A program made the position numbers and the translations under genes. A stretch of DNA of 64,000 nucleotides from a virus. Lineage: Duplodnaviria; Caudoviricetes. Below the pieces are notes generated by a model that saw only the letters and a list, made by a program, of their open reading frames with translations, did not search any database and was not told where the DNA came from. Shown here one piece after another: positions 1 to 10,415 of the stretch (within the stretch, counting starts at the first letter, position 1; every line of letters starts with the position of its first letter). Location of the stretch: positions 96,001 to 160,000 of the IMG/VR virus record IMGVR_UViG_3300029288_007102; one strand, 5' to 3'.

Positions 1-24
1 AGTCTTAAAGGAGGTAGAACCCAA

Positions 25-492
25 ATGGCTATTGACCCCACAAACTTGAAGTTAAAATTGTCCCAGAATTTTAGTCTAGGTGAATTTGCGGTTTCTGCGG
101 CCTATCCTGATTTAGCCAGTAAAATTGTTTTTACGGAAGGGGATGTAGTTAAATTATTGTATCTCTGCAAGACGATATTGCAACCTCTCAGAAACTTTTT
201 GGGGGAGGCTATTGTTGTTCTTAGCGGGAAGAGATCTTTGGAGTTAAATACTGCGGTTAAAGGTGCCCCAACGTCTGACCATTTATTTATGGGGTTTTCT
301 TGTGCTTGTGATTTTCTCCCGGTCAAAGGGAGTGATTTGTCAAAAGTTCAACCCTGGTTAACTCAATATCCTAATAGTTTTGGTCAACTGATTACTTATA
401 AAGATAATGGGGGGAATTTGCATTGGTGTCATGTTTCTTTGCCTACTGATAGGCATATTGGGGAGTTTATGACGACAGTTATAGGAGAATAA
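25..492 (+). CDS. Peptidase M15A-family (Peptidase_M15_3) endolysin-like protein
   Basis: LSQNFSLGEF N-terminus, LQPLRN..G..I.V.SGKRS..LN.AV.GA.TSDH...ACD, and C-terminal WCHVS match the M15A zinc peptidase pattern. Confidence 0.8.
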   Translation: MAIDPTNLKLKLSQNFSLGEFAVSAAYPDLASKIVFTEGDVVKLLYLCKTILQPLRNFLGEAIVVLSGKRSLELNTAVKGAPTSDHLFMGFSCACDFLPVKGSDLSKVQPWLTQYPNSFGQLITYKDNGGNLHWCHVSLPTDRHIGEFMTTVIGE

Positions 493-510
493 AAAGGGGG
501 TGAGCAATAT

Positions 511-879
511 ATGAACTGGGATTCAATATGGAATGGTGTGGTAAGTTTTGTAGCCAATAACCTAATACAGATTGCTTTAGTGGTTATAATTGGTTATGCT
601 TGCAAGAAGGGAAGTAAACTTGGGGATTATATCATAAGCAATCAGACTGCTCAGAAGGTTATTTTGATAGCTGATGATATTACTGATGAGATCTTAGCAA
701 GTTGCCCAACAAACAATCTGGCTCAATTTTTGGACAAAGCAGTAGATAAAATAATTTCTGTTACCGGGATTAGTCAAGAAACTGCAACTAGAATAATGAC
801 TGCTGCTTTTATCCGGGCGAATATTAACGGAAAAATTAAGTCGGCAGAGCTTGTTGCCAAAAACAATGTGGTAAAATAG
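511..879 (+). CDS. Putative holin / small membrane protein
   Basis: Single N-terminal hydrophobic helix; directly follows the endolysin-like gene. Confidence 0.45.
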   Translation: MNWDSIWNGVVSFVANNLIQIALVVIIGYACKKGSKLGDYIISNQTAQKVILIADDITDEILASCPTNNLAQFLDKAVDKIISVTGISQETATRIMTAAFIRANINGKIKSAELVAKNNVVK

Positions 880-889
880 ATTTTATAAA

Positions 890-916
890 CGGTAGGCAGA
901 TGATCTCTGCCTACCG
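890..916 (+). terminator. Strong 11-bp hairpin after the lysis genes
   Basis: CGGTAGGCAGA-TGATC-TCTGCCTACCG; no U-tract, so it may be a processing/stability hairpin. Confidence 0.45.
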
Positions 917-1203
917 GATTCGAATGGGGGAATGAACATGTCAAAAGAAAGAGGCACCTATAATCGGAGGAATTGGGTCCAGCGATGGAAAGGTCGGATC
1001 CTTAATGCTGTTGAAAATGAGCAAGAGAAACTGGCCAGACGTTATAATGTGGGGGGTGGTTGGAGGAAACCATTAATCCGGCAAGAAGCAGTAAACCCCG
1101 CCCAATTGATCCAAGCTACTCCCGGCCAATTTAAAGAATCGAAAAAGAAGGGGCTTAAGACTTTATTTGGTTTTTTAAAAAGTAAAGGTAAAAGGAGACG
1201 CTA

Positions 1204-1410
1204 ATGTCCCAAAAAATAACTTATATACATAATAGTAAGGGGATTAAGATCGGATCCGTTGTCTTTAATGATAGTAATCGTTTTTATTATGTTTATGACG
1301 CAAAGGGGGTTAAAATTGGTTATGCTCAAGAGGGGTATGGCACTTGGGATGCGAAAGGGATAAGAGTCTCTATGGAAGCTGTCCCCGGGATGTTATTTAA
1401 GACTGGGTGA
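1204..1410 (+). CDS. Small beta-rich hypothetical protein (paralog of 1780..1965)
   Basis: Shares GYA.EG.GT.DA.G..VS....P..L with 1780..1965; AAGGAG SD. Confidence 0.7.
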   Translation: MSQKITYIHNSKGIKIGSVVFNDSNRFYYVYDAKGVKIGYAQEGYGTWDAKGIRVSMEAVPGMLFKTG

Positions 1411-1418
1411 TTTTATCC

Positions 1419-1451
1419 TTGACAGAGCTCATTTGATTTGTTATATATAAT
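1419..1451 (+). promoter_or_regulatory. Sigma70-type promoter for putative small RNA
   Basis: TTGACA at 1419-1424; 17 bp later a TA-rich TATATATAAT block. Confidence 0.5.
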
Positions 1452-1600
1452 ATGACTAATTCGCAAGAATTGGTTCCTTCCTTATATCACACCCTTTTGA
1501 GTGGCGATAGGATGGTCATAGTGAGGGAAGTTTTAGGGATCTCATCCCCGAGACTTCCCTCCTCTCTTTATAACCCAGGTTTTTACCTGGGTTTTTTGTT
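1451..1600 (+). ncRNA. Candidate structured small RNA
   Basis: No ORF; hairpins CTAATTC-GCAA-GAATTGG and GAGGGAAGTTTT...AGACTTCCCTC; lies between a promoter and a terminator. Confidence 0.5.
1572..1597 (+). terminator. Rho-independent terminator
   Basis: AACCCAGGT-TTTT-ACCTGGGTT followed by T-tract. Confidence 0.8.
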
Positions 1601-1716
1601 TTTTAGATAAATAGAAAAGAAAAACATTATTATTTAATCCGTTTATAGTCCGTCAATTTGTAGTATTTTTCTTATAGAATATAGGGGGTTTTGTTTATTT
1701 TATTTAAAAATAGTTC

Positions 1717-1745
1717 TTGACAAAGTTGACAATATGTGCTATTGT
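1717..1745 (+). promoter_or_regulatory. Sigma70-type early promoter
   Basis: TTGACA-17 bp-TATTGT with extended TGn and an AT-rich UP region. Confidence 0.7.
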
Positions 1746-1779
1746 TATATTAGAAGAGAAAAGAGAGGGGTGATTAAAA

Positions 1780-1965
1780 ATGTTATACAAAACTATTTAC
1801 GGCGGCAAAGGGGAAGTCCAGGCGTGGATCTATAAAGAAGGTAGAGAGTTTACAGTGATAGGTAGTTCAGGGGAAACTCTAGGTTATGCCACAGAAGGTT
1901 CTGGCACATATGATGCAGACGGAAGAATGGTTTCTACGGACTGTGCTCCATCTATATTGGTTTAA
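1780..1965 (+). CDS. Small hypothetical protein (paralog of 1204..1410)
   Basis: Shared motif with 1204..1410; GAGGGGTG SD. Confidence 0.7.
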   Translation: MLYKTIYGGKGEVQAWIYKEGREFTVIGSSGETLGYATEGSGTYDADGRMVSTDCAPSILV

Positions 1966-2187
1966 ATAACTCTTAAAAAAAGGAAGGGGTGGGATAGATG
2001 CTTATAAATAAGAAAAAAGTTAAGATGTATATAAAAGAGCACGGCAAGCACGTAACTCAAATAGATAAGAACTTTTATGATGCTCTTAACCGCAAGTTGA
2101 TCTTGGCTTTAGAAAAGGCCTTACAGGTCAATGCAAGCCGGAAAAGGTTAACCGGGGAAGCCTTACTATTCTAAAAAGAGGTGTGTT

Positions 2188-2961
2188 ATGAGAAAAATGC
2201 AGGAGAAAGTTTTGACCGATTACAGCGATCTGTTCTTCAAAGTAGAAAGAGAAAAGCTCTATACTACAAGTCATATCTATACCGGACAGGATGCTTTGAT
2301 CAACGGAAGCACCGGGAACGTGCTAGGTGTAGTCAGTAGCAAGTATCAGGTAATAGAACATAAAGAAGTCCTGGACAGTTTCTCTAAACTTATGGAGAAA
2401 AGGGATGATATAAAAATCCAGTCTGTCCGGAGCGTTAAGGATGGAGCAAAGTTCTATATGACTGCCGAAATAGACAATAAGATTTCGGTAGGCATTCTGA
2501 AAGATGGTAAACCGGATATTATTAAGCCTATGTTGGTCCTGAGCAACAGTTATGATGAGAGCACTAAGGTTGGCTTTGTAGCCGGGATCTGGCGGTTGGT
2601 GTGCAGTAATGGTGCCTATGTAGGAATTAAGGCTATAAACCTGGTTAGAAAACATCTAGGTGCTGTAGATTTTGATTTTAGCCAGGGATTGGCCGAAGGA
2701 ATTGACTTGGTGGAACGCCGGATGATGCCGAGTATTAAGAGGATGACTCAGACTGCTATAGGGAGTCCTCAGTTTGAACTGATCAAGAAAAACCTGCCGG
2801 AACGTTTGATCAAAAATATTGGTGGAGAGAAAGCCCTTATCGGTAGGACCGAGTGGGATGGTTACAATATGTTCACCAGGCACTTGACCCACGAATATAA
2901 AGGTAGTTTTGAGCGTCAGATGGATTTGAATGGGGCGTTGGTAAGATCCTTTAATATGTAA
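2188..2961 (+). CDS. DUF932-family phage/plasmid protein
   Basis: LGVVSSKYQVI and NSYD.ST.......RLVCSNG motifs. Confidence 0.75.
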   Translation: MRKMQEKVLTDYSDLFFKVEREKLYTTSHIYTGQDALINGSTGNVLGVVSSKYQVIEHKEVLDSFSKLMEKRDDIKIQSVRSVKDGAKFYMTAEIDNKISVGILKDGKPDIIKPMLVLSNSYDESTKVGFVAGIWRLVCSNGAYVGIKAINLVRKHLGAVDFDFSQGLAEGIDLVERRMMPSIKRMTQTAIGSPQFELIKKNLPERLIKNIGGEKALIGRTEWDGYNMFTRHLTHEYKGSFERQMDLNGALVRSFNM

Positions 2962-2968
2962 GAATGGG

Positions 2969-2998
2969 TTGGAGGAGAAGGTCGCCCTTCTCCTCCAA
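2969..2998 (+). terminator. 13-bp hairpin between genes
   Basis: TTGGAGGAGAAGG-TCGC-CCTTCTCCTCCAA. Confidence 0.45.
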
Positions 2999-3040
2999 TA
3001 CCTTAATGTCCAGGTGGAAACCCAAAGGAGAAAAAAAAAG

Positions 3041-3361
3041 ATGAACGAACAAATTGAAAAGATGATTGCAGATTGGGACAAAAATTTTAAGGTTCTTGTG
3101 GAGAGCGACAGGGTGGCTAAGGAGCAGGGGATCCTGGTAGGTCGGTATGTAAGTGAGCCTTTTGCTGATGGCAAGGCGTATTATAAGATAGTGTCAGAGA
3201 GTAAGACTAAAGTTAAAATAGAAGTGGTTACTGGGATCGGTGATGACTGGATCCTGCCGTATTGGGGAAGTAAGACCTCAATAAGTAAGGCCTACGCTAA
3301 AAGACAGATTGAAGGGAGAGAAGCCTTAGAGAAATTATTCAGCAGGAAATCGTCAGTCTAA
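3041..3361 (+). CDS. Hypothetical phage protein
   Basis: ORF 2969..3361 re-started at ATG 3041 after AAGGAG SD. Confidence 0.65.
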   Translation: MNEQIEKMIADWDKNFKVLVESDRVAKEQGILVGRYVSEPFADGKAYYKIVSESKTKVKIEVVTGIGDDWILPYWGSKTSISKAYAKRQIEGREALEKLFSRKSSV

Positions 3362-3371
3362 GGGGTGCTTT

Positions 3372-3950
3372 ATGAAGATTAAAAATCAAACACAATGGCA
3401 GACTAAACAACTCCGTAAAATCTTTATGGCCTGTCTTAATAAGGTAAGGAAGGATGAGAAGGGGAGTTTTAATCCGCAAGAATTTAAACGCATGTCAGAT
3501 CTCCAGATCCTAATTAAGTGGCATAAGACAACTTGGGTAGGTGGGTTTGCCTACTATCATAGTAAGACAATGTGCGTTAAAATGCCCCGGAGAGAGTCTA
3601 TTGTAGGTGGATATCCTGTCTGGAAACGGACGGCGAGCACATTTATCCATGAACTTGGGCATTGCTTAGGGATGCAACATACTGGAAGGTTTTATACCTT
3701 TGAGCAGTATTATGACGAATGGATCAATCAGACTTTTACTCCAGAAGCGTATCCTTTAGAATATTATCCGGAGAAACAAAAATTGGAGATCAAAACCAAT
3801 CTTAGGGAGTCCCGGTATCAGAAGGCATTGAAGTTCCAAGAGCGGGCGATAAGGAAACTTGAGAATGCCCGGAAGGGTCTAAAGAAGTGGACGAATAAGG
3901 TTAAGTATTATGAAAAGGTCTTAGCGGTAGCGAAGGGGAAGGAGCAATAG
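3372..3950 (+). CDS. Zinc metalloprotease-like (HExxH) protein
   Basis: FIHELGHCLG zincin motif; C-terminal coiled coil. Confidence 0.55.
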   Translation: MKIKNQTQWQTKQLRKIFMACLNKVRKDEKGSFNPQEFKRMSDLQILIKWHKTTWVGGFAYYHSKTMCVKMPRRESIVGGYPVWKRTASTFIHELGHCLGMQHTGRFYTFEQYYDEWINQTFTPEAYPLEYYPEKQKLEIKTNLRESRYQKALKFQERAIRKLENARKGLKKWTNKVKYYEKVLAVAKGKEQ

Positions 3951-4691
3951 ATGTCTTGCAGAATTCACTCTAAATATTGCAAAATTAAGGGGTGTAAAGG
4001 GAAATATTTTTCTCTTGGTTATTGCGTGCGTCATTATAGTCAATTTTTAAGGGCTGGCACTCTTCCTGGCCGTAAAAAATGTAAAGTTTGGGGATGCAAA
4101 AGAGGGTGTTATGCAAAAGGATTATGTAGAATTCACTATAGTAGATTTCAGAAGACAGGAACTACTTTTTTGCAGGAATGGGGAGAGGTTTGTAAGGTTT
4201 TTAATTGCAAAACTCCGGCTAGAATATTGGGGTTTTGTGTTAAACATTACGATAGATGGAAAAAATATGGCAATTGTTATAAGAGAAAAGGCGGGGCCCC
4301 TAAAGGAAAAAAGAATTGGAATTGGAGTGGGGGTGTTTCTGAGTATCCACATCATGCAACATTAAAAAAGAATAGGTTAATAAAATTAAAACAAGTTGGA
4401 TGGAAATGCGAGCTTTGTGGTAAATTTGCGTATCAAACTTTTCATAAAAATAAAAATAAGACAGATCATCGAAGGGAAAATCTTTTAGCTGTTTGTACTA
4501 AATGTCTTGGCAAATGTAAAGTTGGATTAAAATATAAATCAGTTTTTTTTAGGATGTACGGATTGACTCTTAAAGAAATGGTGGAAGCGTTTGGTAGAAC
4601 AAACATTTATTATACTTCCTTACATAAGGAAGGAAGACTTAAGAAGTTTTTATTGAAGATAAAAGATGGAGAAATAGAAGAAGGAAAATAA
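3951..4691 (+). CDS. HNH homing endonuclease-like protein with repeated Zn-finger modules
   Basis: Three CxxxxC...GxCxxHY repeats, NWNW.GG linker, CELCG...H....DHRRENL..VC..C. Confidence 0.7.
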   Translation: MSCRIHSKYCKIKGCKGKYFSLGYCVRHYSQFLRAGTLPGRKKCKVWGCKRGCYAKGLCRIHYSRFQKTGTTFLQEWGEVCKVFNCKTPARILGFCVKHYDRWKKYGNCYKRKGGAPKGKKNWNWSGGVSEYPHHATLKKNRLIKLKQVGWKCELCGKFAYQTFHKNKNKTDHRRENLLAVCTKCLGKCKVGLKYKSVFFRMYGLTLKEMVEAFGRTNIYYTSLHKEGRLKKFLLKIKDGEIEEGK

Positions 4692-4707
4692 GTTTTTAAG
4701 AATATCC

Positions 4708-4736
4708 TTGACAAGAGAACGGTTGTGTAGTATATT
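4708..4736 (+). promoter_or_regulatory. Sigma70-type promoter
   Basis: TTGACA-17 bp-TATATT. Confidence 0.75.
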
Positions 4737-4791
4737 GAGAGCAAAGGTAAAAATAGAGAGAGAGAGTGTTAGGGATATATAGGGGGGCAAG

Positions 4792-5463
4792 ATGTTAGAA
4801 AAAGAAATTAAAGAACAACACGAATCTTTTGGTTTAATTAGAATTGGCCGGGGAATGATCTCCGGCGGGGGTGGAACAAACTTATTTGGCAGCAGCATTG
4901 AGCATAGGAGTATTATTACCTTAGAAATCTCAACCGCAGAGATACAAAGAACTTTATCCCAAGATTGGGTTCATAGCAACAAGCAGTTGATAGAGGTAGA
5001 TATGTCTCCTACTCAATTTGCTGATATGGTTACTAGTTTAAATATGGGGGATGGAGTGCCTGTAACGATCCGGAAATTTAATGGCAAGACTATGGAAGAC
5101 TGCCCACATATAAGTAAGAGGAAACAGTTTTCCCAAGAGACAGAAGCACAGATGCAGGATATTGCCAAGATCGTAGATGGGGCTTTAGTCAAAGCTAAGG
5201 TGGTAGTGGAAAAGAAAACCCCGGCGACTAAAGGTGAATTGAAAGAGTTGTTAGATAGCTTGGTAAAATTAAAACAAGAGATAGATAGTAATTTGCCTTT
5301 CATTCATAATCAATTTAATCGCCAGATGGATAAGACCGTTGTAGAGGCAAAAGGGGAAGTTGAGGCGTTTGTTAATAATATAGTAGTGAAGCTGGGGATG
5401 GAAAAACTCCGGGAACAGGTTCCTTTGATAGAAGGACCTGAGAAGAATGAGAAGGCGGAGTAG
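4792..5463 (+). CDS. Conserved hypothetical phage protein
   Basis: Long ORF, SD GGGGG, first gene after the promoter; LFGSSI.H...I.L.I and EVDMS.TQFA motifs. Confidence 0.7.
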   Translation: MLEKEIKEQHESFGLIRIGRGMISGGGGTNLFGSSIEHRSIITLEISTAEIQRTLSQDWVHSNKQLIEVDMSPTQFADMVTSLNMGDGVPVTIRKFNGKTMEDCPHISKRKQFSQETEAQMQDIAKIVDGALVKAKVVVEKKTPATKGELKELLDSLVKLKQEIDSNLPFIHNQFNRQMDKTVVEAKGEVEAFVNNIVVKLGMEKLREQVPLIEGPEKNEKAE

Positions 5464-5627
5464 GAGAAGATTATGATAAAGAAGAAAGAGTTTTATCTTT
5501 ATGGTGCAAAAGGCGACTATCAAGGGATGATCAGAACCTATACCCGGGAAGAAGCATTAGAGCAGGCGTTAGAGAAATTGGGTATCGATCTTACGCTAGA
5601 ACCTCGGGTATAAAAAGGAGAGGAACT

Positions 5628-6104
5628 ATGGCAAGTGTCCATTTTGTGAAAAAAGCTAGAAAAGCAAACAAGGAAGCTGGAATAAAGAAGGGTGAAAGTT
5701 ATTATTGGTGGTCCTTTAAATTCGGCGGGAAACGTTACAGTAAAACTTTACCAAGAGCTTCCCAATTAACACAGTCTGACTTCTTAAGTCAGGCATATAG
5801 TCTGAGTGAACAACTTGAGGATATAACTGTTGATATGGATATTGACGAGATAAGGTCTCAAGTGGAAGATGTTGTTGAACAGATCCGTAGTTTAGGAGAA
5901 GAGCAGGCGGAGAAGTATGATAATATGCCTGAGGGGTTACAGTCTGGTAGTACAGGAGAGTTGCTCCAGGGACGTGTGGATGAGTGTGAAGATTGGGCTT
6001 CTAATCTAGAGAGTGTTGATTTTGGGGACATTACTAATAAAGATACGGAAGTAAAATTGGACTTGATAGAAGAATTAAACAGTTGCGGATATAAAGGGGA
6101 ATAA
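5628..6104 (+). CDS. Hypothetical phage protein
   Basis: ORF with AGGAG SD; acidic C-terminus. Confidence 0.65.
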   Translation: MASVHFVKKARKANKEAGIKKGESYYWWSFKFGGKRYSKTLPRASQLTQSDFLSQAYSLSEQLEDITVDMDIDEIRSQVEDVVEQIRSLGEEQAEKYDNMPEGLQSGSTGELLQGRVDECEDWASNLESVDFGDITNKDTEVKLDLIEELNSCGYKGE

Positions 6105-6647
6105 AATGAAAACGATTTGTATGGTGAAAAGTGATGGGGTCATTGTAGACTTAGTTGTTGCCAAAGATGCCCGGCGGAGATTGCTTCTCCGGTTCTCCCG
6201 GTATCAGAAAGAGATAGAGCGGGAGCATAAATTAACTATGGGTGAAGACTCTATCATCAACAGTCTGAAAGAGATCGTTAAGGAGGAGTTATAATGCCTA
6301 AAACTTATTTTGCAATCCCAATAGCTCTTTTTGCTATCAGTTTTGGAATAAGACTTATGAAACCCGAAGAAAAGTCAGAAACAAGCCAACTCCGGAATTA
6401 TTATATTTTTCTTGATGTTGCATCAATACTTATTGCTTTTATGGCAGGATTTCTTTTATCTGCCATTAATTGGTAGGTGCCTAAATGGATATGACTAAAG
6501 AACAAATAGAGAACTTTCGCAAGGTTTTATATGGAATAGTTGGTGCCTATGCTGGACTTATGAGTGATGAAGAGGTACAGGCATTTAGGGATAAAATGCA
6601 GAAGGACATTGATAGTATGCCTCAAAAGGAGAAGGGGGAGAAAACAA

Positions 6648-7322
6648 ATGAATGAAAAAAAGATGAGAAAGTTAAAGGCAATTTTAATTATTGTTAGTTG
6701 TGTCCTAGCGGTAGTTGCTTGGGCAAAAGTAAGATCTGATTGGGGTTCTCTTAGCATCCAACATTTAAAAACAGAAGTTTTGGTTTATACAGATGGTTTG
6801 CAGACTAAGGGGATTTTTGATAGCCCAATAAAAATGAATAGATATATTCAAGATAAAGTGATTACCGATTCCTCTTTCTTCTTTTTCAGCATTCTTCTTC
6901 CTATTGTATCTGTTTTGATTATTATTAAACAAATTAATAATTTAAGAAGGATTGCGGAAATTAATGACAAGGCGGTAATGATAGTTAATCCGTTTGAAAT
7001 GGTAGGCCAATTAGATGAGAAAAAGTATGGATTTTGGGGAAGAATGAATAGCAGGTTCACTCCAAATGTTTTAGATAAAAAAGATAGAAGACGGTGGTTT
7101 TTGGGATGGATAACTGCCTCTTTAACCGTAGTGATAGTTATTCTTGCAGTTTTATTGCCAATTTCTCCTGCTGTTGCCGTTTTGCTTTCATATGTTTGTA
7201 TAGGAATGTTTGTTATAACCTTATGGTTAAATCCTTGGGCTGCGTTTGCCCTTGCGACTTTATTCCTCATATTTACTAGCAGAGCTCACGATAAGGCACG
7301 AGAAAGGGAAAGCAATGGTTAA
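6648..7322 (+). CDS. Multi-pass membrane protein
   Basis: Several hydrophobic segments; start moved to ATG 6648 after GGGGGAG SD. Confidence 0.6.
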   Translation: MNEKKMRKLKAILIIVSCVLAVVAWAKVRSDWGSLSIQHLKTEVLVYTDGLQTKGIFDSPIKMNRYIQDKVITDSSFFFFSILLPIVSVLIIIKQINNLRRIAEINDKAVMIVNPFEMVGQLDEKKYGFWGRMNSRFTPNVLDKKDRRRWFLGWITASLTVVIVILAVLLPISPAVAVLLSYVCIGMFVITLWLNPWAAFALATLFLIFTSRAHDKARERESNG

Positions 7323-8550
7323 AAAAAAGAAAGCTAAATGGGTCAAACATATAATTAAAGAAGGGGCCCGGTATCATGTTATCTGGTGGGATAACCTGGG
7401 GGCTCATTGCTCGGAACCAAATTGTGAGATTAATAGGCCAATAAAGAGAAGTAAAAAGTCAGCTCCTCTTGGGGATATTTATGGTACCCCGCCAGTTAGA
7501 AAGGTAATAGAAGAACTGGAAAAATTTTCTGTTCTCCAAGAAGTCTTGAAGAGTTTTGGTATTATTCCGTTAAAGGAGACAAAATGAATAATTTAGTAAC
7601 AGTTATGCCAGGGAGATTCTCAGAGAAGTCAAAATGTTCTATCAAGCGATGCAAGAAGAAGGTTAGATGGCTTATTTTTAGTTGGGACGGAAAACCGATG
7701 CTTTCTCGTCTTAGTAAACAGAGCTGTCATAAGCATTTGGCTGTTGTAGTTAAAAAGGCAATGATTGAGGACAAAAAGTTAGGAAACTTTAAGCCTACCG
7801 AGGTAGAACTATTGCGGGCAGAGATCGAACGGTTAAGGAAGGCCCAAAAATGAAAAAAGATTTGATTTTTTGGGTGATAGTCATAATAATAATGTCTGCC
7901 TTTTTTGATCTCCGATTGGAGATGAAGTATAAGAAGTTTATGAAAGAAGTTGATCAGAAGATAGAGAATCAACAAATCTTTAAATCACAGACAGAACTGT
8001 TGACCAACCAAATAGAACTTTCCAAAAAATTAGCATATAATCAAAAGTTAATTTGTTATGCGATCTTGGGGGATGACTTTATTTTAGATCCAGAAGAGAC
8101 AAAAAGATTTAAAGGGACAGAAGATGACAAAGAAAAATGAAGAATTAGATGGATTGGCGATAGTAAAACAAGCAATATTTTGGGTTAAGCAGATAGAAAG
8201 CGATTATTCTATTGAGGGGTTAACCTTAAAAGATAGGCAAGAGTTGAGGGTGGTCCTTTCTGCTGCGACTTTAATGTTAGAACAAGAAACTTTTAAGAAA
8301 AAAAGATGCGATGATATTACTTACAATAAACCTTGGCTTAGAGGTAAAGGTAAAAAATTTATAGTTAGGCAGTATGATGGATTTGACAATAATTGGATAG
8401 ATATCACTAAACCTTTGTCTTTAAAGGAAGCTATGAAAATCTGGAGAGCCCACACTAAAGATGGTACAGAAAAATATTGTTTTGAACACATAGATTATTA
8501 TGAGGTCTTCCCGGCTGGTACAAAAATGCTTTATAGTGCTGAGGGGCAAA

Positions 8551-8982
8551 ATGGTTAAGAAAGAGAGTAAGGCTCAGATAGAATTGTTCCCTGAGTTGAG
8601 CATAGAAGAAGATTATAAAAAACTTAAGAGGTCTTCTGTGTGGGAATTGGACACAAAATTGACCTTTGGTAAATATAAGGGGAAGACTATTAAAGAAGTG
8701 GTAAACAGTGATTGGAAAGGGTACAACTGGTTGGCCTGGGCATCAAAAAATATCAAATGGTTTAGGCTTAGCGATGCGGCTTTTGCTTATTGCAAGAAGA
8801 AGGGGATCCGTTATGCGGCTAAACATGGTAGTTATCTTGAACCAGGAACGTCTGAGGAAGGGTTCTTGCGGGCAACTGGATTGCTTGGTGGCCCAAGGGG
8901 AGAGTGTGCTCAGTTAGCTTACGAAGAAGGTTTAAATGTTGTGGATGAAGATGAATTCATAGATGGGGAGTGGGGCGGATGA
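8551..8982 (+). CDS. Hypothetical protein with FGKYKG motif (DUF3820/ExoX C-terminal-like)
   Basis: LTFGKYKGKTIKEV...Y.W. Confidence 0.55.
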   Translation: MVKKESKAQIELFPELSIEEDYKKLKRSSVWELDTKLTFGKYKGKTIKEVVNSDWKGYNWLAWASKNIKWFRLSDAAFAYCKKKGIRYAAKHGSYLEPGTSEEGFLRATGLLGGPRGECAQLAYEEGLNVVDEDEFIDGEWGG

Positions 8983-9857
8983 AAGAGAGATTTCAAGAGC
9001 GGTTAGGGTTAAATCAAAACAATCGGGTAAGGTTAGGCGAGGTCAATGGCATACTAGAAGAATATGCTGCTGAGGGCTACAGATTGACTTTAAGGCAGCT
9101 TTATTACCAATTGGTATCCAGAGACCTTATACCTAATAATCAACGGGAATACGCCAAATTGAGCAATCTGTTGAAGAAAGGCCGGATGGGGGGAGTGGTA
9201 GATTGGGATATTATAGAAGATCGGATCCGGGCACCATACATTCCTTATTATGTTAGAGATGTTCCTGGTGCTTTAGAGGATACAATTGACCAGTACAGAT
9301 TGAATAGGATGGAAGATCAAAAAGTTTATATAGAGATTTGGGTAGAAAAAGATGCTCTCTCCGGGGTCTTGAAGCCAATTACTTCCTATTATCATATAAA
9401 TCTGATGGTCAATCGGGGCTATAGTTCTTGTACGGCCATGTATGATGCTAGTAAGAGAATTTTACGCAAACAGGGCCACAAACTTTGCTTTATCTTTTAT
9501 TTGGGAGATCACGATCCGTCTGGGTTGGATATGGTAAGAGATATTAGAGATAGGCTTGCAGAATTTGGGGCGGATCCCGATGTAAGACCTATAACCTTGA
9601 CCTCTGAACAGATAAAGAAATATAATCCCCCGCCTAATCCTGCGAAGTTTCAGGATCCTCGGGCAAATGATTATATTGCTAAATTTGGCCGTACTTCCTG
9701 GGAAGTCGACGCCTTAAACCCTAAAACTTTAAATCGATTAGTCCAGGGGGCTGTTGAGGGGCTCTTAGATCGGAAGAAATTTAATGCTAAACTGAAACAA
9801 GAAGAGAAAGATAAAAAGATACTAAGAACTTATGCTGAAAAATTAAAAAATAGTTAA
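8979..9857 (+). CDS. TOPRIM-domain protein (Topo VI-A/DUF2399-like)
   Basis: TLRQLYYQLV winged-helix, EIWVEKDAL, GDHDPSG, WEVDAL; ATGA overlap start at 8979. Confidence 0.75.
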   Translation: MKERFQERLGLNQNNRVRLGEVNGILEEYAAEGYRLTLRQLYYQLVSRDLIPNNQREYAKLSNLLKKGRMGGVVDWDIIEDRIRAPYIPYYVRDVPGALEDTIDQYRLNRMEDQKVYIEIWVEKDALSGVLKPITSYYHINLMVNRGYSSCTAMYDASKRILRKQGHKLCFIFYLGDHDPSGLDMVRDIRDRLAEFGADPDVRPITLTSEQIKKYNPPPNPAKFQDPRANDYIAKFGRTSWEVDALNPKTLNRLVQGAVEGLLDRKKFNAKLKQEEKDKKILRTYAEKLKNS

Positions 9858-10415
9858 CAGTGCTGCTAATTGGGCATTGTTATTAAAAGTGGTCATGTCT
9901 TACTTCCCCTTGGGTTGACCCTCCACAATAAAGGTGGTATGTTAAAATCTACCTCTGAGAACCTTTAGAAGTGGAACAAGGGGTAAAATTATAGGAGGAA
10001 AGATGAAGAAAGAAAATTTAATCAGAGACGAAAATAATTATAAATTTGTAATAGATAGTGATTTTTTGGGGGTTTATGTTAAGCGTAAATCTGATAAGAT
10101 TGTTGGTCGGGTCATTGAACATTGGCAGGGGGATTGTGATAGTATTTTGGTAATACGTTTCCCCGACAAAACAATTGATAAGGTTGACCTTCTTGATTGG
10201 AAAAAGGAGCATAAACCCCATGCGAGATCTATTGCCAGAAAAGATAAATATTTATTTAAAAATTTTAATGGCAAGTGGGTACGGCCAGACAATTGGAGTC
10301 AAATCCAATACATTAATGGGCAATGGATGCGTTATGTTAAAGAAGAATGGGTCCCGCTAGAAGGTTAGTTTACTAAAATTGAATATGAGCAGTATGGGAA
10401 ATAATTCAAGGAAGA

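Noticed and set aside
3948-3953. In-frame TAG-ATG junctions (also 24138-24143 and 60557-60562) suggesting amber recoding
   Set aside because: Each downstream ATG has its own SD-like sequence, long conserved genes have no internal TAG, and many genes end properly in TAG; code 11 fits.
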